64,000 nt of DNA from Gracilinanus agilis (taxonomy: Eukaryota), in the NCBI RefSeq assembly GCF_016433145.1, contig NC_058133.1, positions 195,642,773 to 195,706,772 on the forward strand. Direction: 5' to 3'. The notes under the pieces were generated by a model. It was not told where the DNA came from, made no database searches, and saw nothing but the letters and a program-made list of their open reading frames with translations. Each line of letters begins with the position of its first letter. Within the stretch, counting starts at the first letter, position 1. Position numbers and translations under genes: made by a program. Below are positions 53,430 to 64,000 of this stretch, piece after piece.

Positions 53430-54330
53430 AGCATTACTAGGTCTGTATCCCAAAGAGATTTTAAAAGGGTGTGGGGGGAACCTACTTATACAAAAACATT
53501 TATGGCTGCTCTTTTTGTGGTGGCAAAGAATTGAAAATTGAAAGGGTGTCCATTAATAAGGGAATGGATAACTAAATGGTGGCATGTGATGGTGACAGAA
53601 TAATATTGTGCTGTAAGGAATGATGAATAGGTTAAGTTCAGAAAGAGCTGGAAAAAAATACACAAATTGATGCAGAGTGAAATAAGCAGAACCAAGAGAA
53701 CATTGTACACAGTAACAGCAATAGTGTGGAATGATCAAGGATCAACTGTGATAGACTTCAATATTTTCAGCAATATAATAATCTGGGGCAATTTGGAGGG
53801 ATTTAAAACATAGAATGCTATCTACCTACAGATAAAGAACTGTTGGAGTTGGAATGCAGATCAAAGCATACAATTTTTTGCTTTTAATTTATTTTTTTGG
53901 TTTTTATTTTGGGGTTTTGGTTTTATATGATTATTCTCTTATAAAAATGAATAATATGGGGGCAGCTGGGTAGCTCAGTGGATTGAGAGTCAGGCCTAGA
54001 GACGGGAGGTCCTAGGTTCAAATCTGGCCTCAGACACTTCCCAGCTGTGTGACCCTGGGCAAGTCACTTGACCACCATTGCCCACCCTTACCACTCTTCC
54101 ACCAAGGAGCCATTACACAGAACTTAAGGGTTTAAAAAAAATGAATAATATGGAAATATGTTTTGCACAATAATACATGTATAACACAGATCAAATTGCT
54201 TGTCAGCTCCAAGAAGGGGGAGGAAAAGGAGGAAGGGAGACACTTTGGATCATATAACTTCAGAAAACTTTATGTGGAAATTTATTACATGTAATTAGCA
54301 AAATAAAATATCTTTATAATAAAAAGTATT
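53430..54330 (+). mobile_element. L1 3' end fragment interrupted by a SINE
   Basis: L1 3' motifs flank the SINE at ~53958-54140. Confidence 0.7.
53958..54140 (+). mobile_element. Young SINE1_MD-like SINE
   Basis: Near-consensus sequence; TSD aaaaatgaataatatgg on both sides. Confidence 0.88.
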
Positions 54331-56442
54331 AAACCATTATTTTTTCCTTTTAAGAACTGTAACATTTATCTCATGTTTTATTGGCATGACTATAATGTTC
54401 AATAAAAGGACCTTTTCATTAAAAAATAAAGTTTACAAAAAAAAAAAAAAACACCCCTTACTGGGCAGAAGAGGAGGGAGGTAGCTAGGTAATACAGTGG
54501 ATAGAGTGCTGGACCTGGAGTCAATAGAACCTGGGTTCAAATGTGGCCTCAAACACTTCCTGGCTGTGTTGCCCTGGGCAGGTCACTTAACCCCAATTGT
54601 CTAGCCCTTACTTCTCTTTTATCTTGGAATATTACATTCTAAGAAGATTTAAAAAAAAAACCACTTATTAAAGCTATCCTCAATAAAGAAAGGAAACCAG
54701 CATCCTAGGCACTTGATAAATGCCACGAACTTTATAAAAGATTGTCTGTCACATTTGGTCCTCACAACAACCTTGGGACATAGGTGCTATTATTATACCC
54801 ATTTTATAGTTGAAGGAATTGAATCAGAGAGAGAGAGTAGGTGATTTGCCCAGGATCACTCAGCTAATAAGTGTCCAAGGTTGGATTTGAACTCGGGACC
54901 TCATGACTCCAGACCCATACTCCATCTGCCTACAATACCAAGAGGAACTGTTTCATTTTTGTCGGTGAATATACCGAGCTTAGCATAGCACCTAGTATAT
55001 GCTTAATAAATGGTCACTGAAAAGAAAAGAGAAAGAAACAATGTTGTAATCATGACTAAGATGAGCCCTGAAAAAGAGATGACAAGTTGCTTCTCACTCC
55101 CTTCTTTGCATTGGTGGGGGACTATGGGTGTGGGACATTATAAACTCTGCCAAGTTAAGTGGATATGTTGATTAATTTCAATGAACTGCTTTGTTTTTAT
55201 TCTTTGCTACAAAGGATGACTCTGTGGGTAGGGAGGGGAAGGAAGGATATATGGAAATGGTGATGTGAATTTAAAAGATGTCAATAGAAATATTTTTAAA
55301 TGTTTGTTGAACTGCATCCTCAAACCATTTGGGGCCATTCATTTTAATAACAATTACAAGAAAAATAGTTTGCCTTTATAAAAATCCCAAGGTTTACAAA
55401 GCACTTTCCTCACCAGGCTGTGAAGTACATATTTTATTATCTCCTTTTTTCAAATGAGGAAACCGAGGCTCAGAAAGATAAAGCAACTTTCCCAGAGGCA
55501 CACAACTAGTCAAAAGTCAAAGATGGGATTTTTAATTCCCTCCCCTGTAATAAATTCATAGGCTCTGAGAGTTCAAAGAGACCTTGGCACTGACTTAGTC
55601 CAACTACATGTTTTATAATTGAGGAGACAGAAGCCTAGGCTGGGGCCTAGAGACAAGAGGTCCCGGGTTCAAATGTGATCTAAGACACTTCCTAGCTGTC
55701 AGACCCTAGATGAGTCACTTAACCCAACTGCCTAGCCCTTACCACTCTTCTGCCTTGGAATTCTAAGCCAGAAGGTAAGGGTGAAAAAAAAAAACCAACT
55801 AAACTAAATTGCCATGACTTCATATGTATAATGAGTATCATATTTTTTGCTTTCTCAGTGGAGGAGGGGAAGGAGAGAGATGTAGAAAATTTGGAACTGA
55901 AAATAAAAAAATTAAAATAAAATAAATTACCAATAGATTGGAGATAAAATTGCTGGAATTTTCATAGTGCTTTAAGGTTTGCAAAGCTCTTTACAAGTTC
56001 CTGTGATTAAACCTTTGTTAATACTTGTTTTTATGGAAAGTGACTATATTATATATAATTTTTAAAATTATCCTCTTATAAATATGCAGAAAAACCTTTG
56101 GCCTGAAAGTCAAGAGACCTGGTTTCTAATCCTAGCCTAACAGTAATATTACGACTCTCTGTCTCTGTCTGTCTGTCTCTAATGGGAAGTTTAGAATATG
56201 TGATTTCTAAGATCCTTCCAAGCTCCGATATTTAATGATTCTAAAGGAAAAAAAAATCTTCTAATCAGCCTTGGGTTGTTGCTTTTGGGGTTGATTTTTT
56301 TTTTTTTTTTTTGGTGGAGGGTTCTTATCCTAGGTGTCATACATCTAGAGCTAGAAGTAGGCCCTCAGAAGCCAGCAAGCCCAAACCCCTCATCATAGGG
56401 ATGAAGAAACTAAAACCCAAGGAGGTTAAGGTCATATAGGTA

Positions 56443-56640
56443 GGGGCAGCTGGGTAGCTCAGTGGACTGAGAGTCAGGCCTGGAGACGGGAGGTCCTAGG
56501 TTCAAATCCGGCCTCAGACACTTCCCAGCTGTGTGACCCTGGGCAAGTCACTTGACCCCCATTGCCCACCCTTACCACTCTTCCACCTAGGAGCCAATAC
56601 ACAGAAGTTAAAGGTTAAAAAAAAAATAAATGTAAAAAAA
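56443..56640 (+). mobile_element. Young SINE1_MD-like SINE
   Basis: Near-consensus sequence; TSD aaggtcatataggta on both sides. Confidence 0.88.
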
Positions 56641-58136
56641 AAGGTCATATAGGTAGTGTCAGGGGGATTATTTGAACCTGGGTAGTACTCTGACTGATTA
56701 AGTGTGCTTTAAAATTTTGGTTTATAGAAAGAAAACTATTTTGTTCTGCTTTTGTGTGGAGCTTTATCTGATTTTTATAAGTTGTCACAAATCAGTTGTT
56801 TCCCCATTCTTGGGCTAATACTAAAAGAAACACCCCACACCCTGCAGTCTTCTCCCCTCTCTTTATAAGCACTACTTGGATCATCCCTTAGGGCTTTTGG
56901 TTCTCTTCCCTCTGTAGTTCCCTAGTTGCCCTCTTGGAGGCAATAAAAAAAAACTAATTTAAAAGTTGGAAGGCATAGAAGAGCCAAATGACTCTCTGAA
57001 CTTTCTTTCTTTCGCTTTCTCACCCTTAAGATTTCACTGACCCTCCTCCCTGAAAGGGATTTCTTCTTCATATCCCAGCTGGGGTGTCTGCAGGCTAACA
57101 CAAAACTATGACAAGGACCCAGGTGTCATTATCCTTCCCTCTCCCCCACCCCTCCTCCAAGAATGTGGAGCAGGGTCTGTGGGGTCAGAGGTGGCCCAAG
57201 GCTTTGGTAGGGGGTGCTGAGCCAGCTGAGCCACATTGCTGCCGTCCCTGTGTCACCGGCCCCACCAAAGGCCCCCACTAAGAATGAAGGTCAGAGGGAG
57301 GAGCCAGAGAGGGACAGCCTCAGCCCTGCCCCAACAGGCCCAGCAGGCCCCACAGCTGCCCTCCTGCCTGTGGGGAAGGGGAAATAACAGGGAGGGGCTG
57401 CCTTCCTAGGGCCCCCCTCCACCCCCAGTTCTCCAAATGAGGGTACTTCCCCAGGAGCTGAGTGAGAGAGTGAACATCCTTGCCAATATTCACCCTCTGC
57501 ACCCACCAGTGCTCTTCTGGGGAAGACAAATACCTGGGTTGGAGAAGAGGATTAGGGTCGATTTCCCAATTCCCTCTGAAGGTCTTTCCCTTAGGCCCTG
57601 CATGCCCTCCTGGTTCCCAAGATAGCGATAAACCCTGGCAAACTCAGATCACACACAGAAGTCTCGGGAGCAACACTAGGTCTACCGGCCAGATCCAACT
57701 TTAGAAGAAAAGGGGTAAATGGGGGAAACCTGAGATCCTACAGGGACCATCTCGTCTTCATTTTGGAAAAAAAGAGAAAGAAACCAGTTAAGAGGGAACA
57801 TTTCCCCACAGGGTCAGGAGGAGATGGAGTCTCCCCACAATCCAAGAATCCTTCAAATAACTGGGTGTTTCGGCAGGGTGGTGAAGGGAAGAAAGGGTTC
57901 TTCAGAGAATTCCAGGGAATGAACAAGGATCTGTGTTACCTGTTTCTGTGAATATACCTAAGAATTTATTGTGTAACTGTGTCTCCCTTGGTTTCCAGCT
58001 GGGTGGGGGCCCATCAGATATTTCTGCCTGCCTTTCATCAGGCTTGTCCATGATAGGGATCAGCCCTGGTATAGCCAGGGTGAGGAAATTACTGTCAGTC
58101 ACTCCCATCTCACACACACACAGAAGGGGACACATA

Positions 58137-58171
<35 letters not shown>

Positions 58172-61124
58172 CTGGCCGGAAGGCAGGGGTGGAGCCACGT
58201 GGCACTGGGGGAGCCTAGGGTTTTTTCTAGGGGCAGAGAGTGGGAGCCACTTGCTTTCTCCAACCAAGTCCTCAAAACCTAAGAGAAAAGACTCCAACTC
58301 TACTCCCACCCACCCCAGATTCCCAAACCAGTAGCAGAACCAGAGCCAGACACCCTTCCCACCCTGGCTGTTAAAATGTGGATAAAAGCGACTTCTGGGG
58401 GGTGTCTAGGACAAGGAAAGACCCCACTGGAGGACTCACTCCAGTGTACTGCCTTTCCAGGCTCCCCAGACCTCACCAGGAATTCTGAGTCAACAAAACA
58501 AAACAAAATACAAATCCGGAGAACAAAAGAGGACCAAGGGGTCAACAACTTTATTATGGCATAAACACACACAGAAGCCATTTCCCCTCCTTCCTCCTCT
58601 CCTCTTCATTTGAGGGAAATGTGGGTTCACAGCAGTTAAAGAAAAAAATCCTACATATGTCCTCTAGGGGGGCTGCCTTGGAGAGGAAATGTCAGGCAGC
58701 CAAGCAACCTAGGTCTATAGGGGAGAGGGACCAGAGGAATCCCTCCCAAAGGATCTCTCACCCTATCCACCATGGACACCCTGTAGGGGAAGGAGGGCTA
58801 TGTCTCCCAGCTTAGAGTATCCTTCAGGCTACACCATACCAATCCTACATAAAGCAGCCATTCTGGTAGCAGAGGGATGAGGTGGTTGGTTTCAATAGGG
58901 AGACGAGGGGGAGCCCACACAGACTGGTGTCTTCTCTTTCTCCCCTTTACTCCATGTGGCTGACAGGATGAGCTCTCCTGACCAGGTCCCCTCTCAGCTG
59001 GGTAGGGGATGCTCAGAATGGGGGTGGGATTGGGGAAGAGAAGGAAGAAAGCATTAAATCTCAAAACTACCCCATGCCCCAGAAACAATCCCCCCCAAGA
59101 AGGGGGTATCTTGTCCTTCTTAAGAGGGAAAGGTCCCCCTTTTCTACACAAAAACATACACATACAACCCTCAACTATGTCCCACTTCCCCTTCTCTGGA
59201 GTTACCAATTCATGAAATGGATTCAACTCATGGGAGGGAAGGGGCAGAGGAAGATGCTACTGGAGACCCTAGGCCCTTAGAGCACCCACGGAAGATGGAA
59301 TCCTCCCTAAATGGAGACTCCAGGCTCAGCAAAGAACTACATATATGCACTCTCTTTCAAACACTCACATACACACACGTATACGCACACACACAAGCAC
59401 ATACACCCCTAAAATTAAATAAAATACCTTTTACTTATAACTTAAAAATCAAAACGCAGCTAAGTCTCACACAGGTTTGGGAGGCAGGAGGTGGGGGGAG
59501 AATCTTTGAAGAAGGAGCCTTTGTCAGACTTTCCTTTGTCCCTTTCCCAAGAGACCCTACTCAGATGGGAATCCAGGATCCTAGACATATCTGGGCTCAC
59601 TCTTCTCACATCCCTGTTCCCAGTGTCTGTCTCGACTAGACCTCTCCCCTTCCCTCTTTCCCAACATCACAATTCAGATTCATTTTTAAACATCTAAAGG
59701 GGAAGGGGAAAGGGACAGCTTTTTGGACGTCTCCCTTAAAGGGAAGCATCTTATACATTAGAGAACAACTACTTCATAGAGAGGGAGAGGGGAAAAGAAA
59801 AGACTAGAGTTTCCCCCCCAAAAGGAGAGAAGGGGCCCAGGTATCACCTTGGATAGGTTCCCATATTCCCATTCCCTCTTTAACAGAGAACCCATGATGG
59901 AGGGGGTGGGGATTCCGACTGAAAAGAAAGGTGAGAGAAATAAGCTCTCTTCAGGTGGAAGGGATGGAGAGATGGTTAGGTGAAGGGGTTGGCCCAGCTT
60001 CAACTCTCTCCAAACTAATTCTAATTAGTACCTAGGATAGAAGTAAGGGTGAGAGGCCACCATCCCCTCCATCTCACCTACTGCCTAGCTATACCTCCTA
60101 CACCCCTACAAAAGGGAAGCAGATGTTCAAGGAAGGGGGGGGAGAGAAGAGGGGATGGAAGAGAATTGAAGGTCAACATAAACCCTGGAAATCAGGCCCT
60201 AGGTTTAGAGGATTTGGGATACTGGATTTTTCTTCCTCAAAAATCATACTGTACTCATTCAGAGTTTAGGGTTCCAATCCCCTCCCTACACCCCCAAATC
60301 TGCTCTGACAGCTTCTGCTAGGAAAGCTCCCCCCAACGACCCCTTCCGCTAATTTGAGAAGGCTAAGGGCATCCTTCAGCCCAGCCCCCTCCTCCCAACC
60401 CCCACTTCACAGTCTCTAGCAGGGTGGTTCTAGAAGGGTTATGGAGATCAAAGGAGAGTTATTTCTCCCGCAACAATCTTGCTTTCCCTTCCTCCAACGC
60501 CCAGCCAAATGCAGACCCCGCCCCATGGGGACCTCCAGCCTCCCCCTCCGGAAACCCCAAGGACAGGAGGAGCCCTGTAAGCGGGATGAAAGGGGCCCGG
60601 GCCCGTAGGGAGGCTCCGGAGGCGCTTTCATGTCCCGGTTCCCAGGCACTAGGGACGTGTTCAGGCAGCTTCCCCCGCGCCCCGCGGCTCGGCCCCGCTC
60701 CTCTCCGCTCCCGGACGCGACGTCTCCTCTCTCTCCCTCTCTCTCTCTTCTGTAGGTGCCCAGGCTGGGGGATGGGGGTTGGGGTTGGGGGTGGGGGGTG
60801 CCAAAGACTCCTAGGGCCTGCATGTGTTGGTTGGGCTTAGGGCTGCGCTCAGAGGCGCATCCTACAGGGCCCCAGAGCTCCGCCCGGCTCACCAGGCTGG
60901 CCAGATCCCACTCCCTGCGGCTAAACAACCCAAGCGTCCTGTCTCCCAGTCCCCTCCTAGCCCCCACCAGTAACACGCTGATTCCGCCTCCAAATAAATA
61001 ACCACCTTTCCCCTCCCACCAAAGCCGCCCTCCAATCCCGGAGGAAAAGGGGGCACTCGTCTGAGACCCCAGAGTGGGAGAGGGAGGTGCACTGGAGCTG
61101 GTGGGGGCGTCCAACGAGGATGGC

Positions 61125-62270
61125 TCAGTTGGACAGTGCGGCGCCGCCCCCGCCGCCGCCCTCCGCTTCCCGCTTGCCTTTACCCCCGGGGGGTTCGGCA
61201 GCCGCTCCCGATTTCCCTTCGCACTGTGCTCCGGTTCCCGCTGCCTCCTCTTTGGAGCCCTCGTGGGTTTTCATGTGCTTGGCCAGGTGGTCGCTGCGCA
61301 TGAAGACGCGGCTGCAGACGGCGCAAGGGAATTTCTTGGTGCCTGTGTGGGTCTGGAGGTGGCGCTGGAGCTCGTCCGAGCGAGTGAAGCGTTTCCCGCA
61401 GAAAAGCCAGTTGCACACGAAGGGGCGGTCTCCGCTGTGCCAGCGCAGGTGCGCTTTGAGATGCGATGTCTTGGCGTACGCCTTCCCGCAGCCCGGGATG
61501 TGGCAGTTGTGGAGATGTTTCTTCTTGGCCCCGTCTGGCCCGCAGGGAGCCCCCAGCCGCTCCGCCTCCAGGCAGTTGGGGCAGCGGCACACAGCCTGGC
61601 CTGAGCTGCGAGGCACCGAACGCCGGGAGCCCTTGGGTCGGGCCGCCCCGTCCAGACTGGCATCCAGCCCGTGGGTCTCGGGAGCTGTAGCTTCCAGGGG
61701 CTTAGCGCCGTCTGGCGGCCCTAGTAGATGCTGTCCACTGGCAGCTGGGAGGAGATGATGTGGATGAGTGTGGGGCTGTGGCGCGCAAAGCTGATGATCC
61801 CCTACATAACCCCCGAGGCCGGCTTGCAGCGCCCCCGGGTGACCTGAAGAGGCCAGAGTGCCCTGGGTATGAGGAAGGTCCATCCAGCTGGTACCCGGGT
61901 GGATGTCCCACCAAGAACCGTCCTCCGGGCCTGGGTGGGATGGCCGGAACCAGGATTCGTAGTGATGAGACATGTCTGGCTGCAGAAGCTTGGAGAAAGG
62001 GCCCGGAGCCAAAGGGCTGTCGCTCTCCAGGTCCTCACAGGTTACCCGTGAGGAGCCCCCAGGCAGCTCATAGCCTTGTGAGAAGTCCACCTCAGGCCCC
62101 AACGGTAGGTTCTGCAGCTCTCCGGCCTGGAGTGGGGAGGGGTAGTCCCCTGTCTCTGGGCTTGTATGGCCCTGATATGTCTGAAGTGGCTGCAGATCGA
62201 GGCGCGGTGGGGAGGCACGGGGTGCTTCCGTGTGCTGGCTGCCCAGAGAGCCGCACACAGCGGTTAGCAT
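61125..62270 (-). CDS. SP6: Transcription factor Sp6 (epiprofin/KLF14-like); single coding exon
   Basis: 381-aa ORF starting [17 protein letters not shown], with buttonhead box CRCPNC and three C2H2 fingers ([10 protein letters not shown]..., [10 protein letters not shown]..., CAVCSRVF...). Splice acceptor at 62324. Long 3' UTR with candidate polyA tttatt at 58550-58555. Confidence 0.98.
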   Translation of the reverse strand: MLTAVCGSLGSQHTEAPRASPPRLDLQPLQTYQGHTSPETGDYPSPLQAGELQNLPLGPEVDFSQGYELPGGSSRVTCEDLESDSPLAPGPFSKLLQPDMSHHYESWFRPSHPGPEDGSWWDIHPGTSWMDLPHTQGTLASSGHPGALQAGLGGYVGDHQLCAPQPHTHPHHLLPAASGQHLLGPPDGAKPLEATAPETHGLDASLDGAARPKGSRRSVPRSSGQAVCRCPNCLEAERLGAPCGPDGAKKKHLHNCHIPGCGKAYAKTSHLKAHLRWHSGDRPFVCNWLFCGKRFTRSDELQRHLQTHTGTKKFPCAVCSRVFMRSDHLAKHMKTHEGSKEEAAGTGAQCEGKSGAAAEPPGGKGKREAEGGGGGGAALSN

Positions 62271-64000
62271 TGCCGGAATCCGGGGTGAGGAACAAGGCCT
62301 GTCAAGGTCGGCTCAGGTAGGACCTGGAAAAGAAAAAGGAGAAAGATAGGAAAAGTTAAGAGTTGGCAGGAAGACCTATTGCCCTTGCTCCATAATCTCC
62401 TGCCTATTTTACAAACCCTGGCTGGGGTAAATGGCCCCACTGAGAAATACTGAGGAAGGGCTAAGAAGATTTAAGGTCCCTCTTTATATTATAGGTTATT
62501 CCTTTCTCCACCCCAAAATAAGAAACAGGAGCTAACTAGGCTGGGGGTACCTGGAGCCCTAGATCAATGGTACCAAGCAGTCCAAGCCCAGAGTACTTTC
62601 CTCTTCAGAAAATTCCTCCCACAGGACCCGGCATATCCTACGGGTTGGGTAATTACAGGCTCCGAGACCAGGCTGTACAGCCCCAAGGCGGGAGAGAAGT
62701 CCTGCGGCAAAACTCACCGCCCGGGGCTTCTTCGACCAGCCAAGACTGGGGTTCCACGTCTCTTGCTTCCTGCCCCAATTGGGGGACCTGACGCCGTCCC
62801 TGGATTGCTCTGCCTCAACAACCTAACTAGACTGCCAAGAGCACCCCAAAGCTCAAAGTGATCCACTCTCTTGTCAAAGCTGAGCAGGTTCTGAGATTTA
62901 AGGACGCAGAGTAAACACTTCCTCCCCTGTGAGTAGAGGGCATTCCATCGGCTTAATCACCCCGCTTTCCATCTACTAGCCTGCCCCACCACTCTCCCCT
63001 CCCACACCTTGGCCCCCACCTTTTCCCCTAGGGCAGGGACTTCACCCTCCCTGGGGTGCAGAGGCAAGTAGAATTAGGAGGGGCAGAGTTTCTCACTTCA
63101 CTCACCCCACACACAAACTCCAGGAGAATCCCTTAACTTTTCCTAGGCAGGAACATTTCTTACATTGGCACCTAGTTTCACCCCCCCAGCTGGTCCTCTC
63201 CCTCAAGATGATGAAAACCGAGGTTGGAGGGAGAAGTTAGACACTCTGCTCTCCGCAGGAAAAGCAGTCGGTAGAGAAAGGCTTGTATACACCTCCTGGA
63301 AAATGCAAAGGAGGTGAGAGTGGTGTAGGGAAAAGTTCGAGACCCTGAGTCAGAGCAAGCAGCTGGAGTCATCGGCCGGTTGTCATACTATGGTCTAGAC
63401 TACCTGTTTCCCCATCTCCCCCACCTCCTCCTGTTTTGGCTCTCACAAAGTGCTAGGAAATTTGGTACCTTAGATGGCGTGTATGTGACTGCGGGGGGGG
63501 GGGGGTCTTCCTATCCAAAGTACTGTCAAGTTGCCTCCTGTTCCTGCAAACTTTGGAAAGAGAAGGATCGAGGGAAGTGCAGGTGGCGGCAGAGGCAACT
63601 GAGAAGGGTCCGGGGTAGGGATGGGTCCGTCCGTTGTCTATTATGCCTTCACAAGAAAGGAGAAAGGCGAAGCGGCAGGAACCGAGCTGGGGCCAGGGCG
63701 GGGCATTCTGGAGCGGGTGGTGGGCAAGGAAAGCCTAGGGGGCGGGGCAGGTCAAAGACCCCAGCCACATCCAGGAGCCTGGGAAAGCCCGGGGGAACCA
63801 AAGGGAACTGGAACGAAGTTTTGGGCCAGAGAACCCGACTAACAGCTGGAAAAACACGCCCTTCGGATCTTGTCTCCAGTCCCCAATTCAGGAGCAGAAA
63901 GGAGGCGCCTCGGCTCAGCCTTGGTACTCAATATCCTGCTTGCTCACTCGGGTCGCCCTAGAGAAGAACCCCCGGAGCTTCCCGGCCCGACTCCTCCAAA

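Noticed and set aside
60416-62320. Many overlapping ORFs around SP6 on both strands
   Set aside because: By-products of high GC content and few stops; only 61125-62270 (-) matches a known protein.

Overview
Eukaryotic (marsupial) genomic DNA. The SINE1/MAR1-type SINEs and L1 3' ends point to a didelphid, probably Monodelphis; this is inference. The window is syntenic with human 17q21.32. From ~23 kb to the end it holds the conserved block OSBPL7(-), MRPL10(-), LRRC46(+), SCRN2(-), SP6(-), and I reconstructed exons by hand from splice sites and frame continuity. The first ~22 kb, where mammals have the TBX21-OSBPL7 intergenic interval, is mostly invisible in the ORF track. It is a nested tandem array of strongly diverged TBX21 (T-bet)-like T-box gene copies on the + strand. 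Copy 1 has a recognisable six-exon TBX21-type architecture (~1.25-9.6 kb) plus an extra exon5/exon6 module (~10.4-11.2 kb). Copy 2 has a CpG-rich exon 1 (~15.1-15.5 kb), two exon-6 modules, an exon 5 and exon-4-like remnants (to ~21.6 kb). Both copies carry stops or frameshifts as assembled, so they read as pseudogenes of a lineage-specific T-box paralog family. The large duplication also copied the OSBPL7 3' flank. OSBPL7 lacks recognisable central exons next to a single ambiguous base, which is either an assembly problem or a real deletion. All protein comparisons are manual, against sequences recalled from memory, with no database search.
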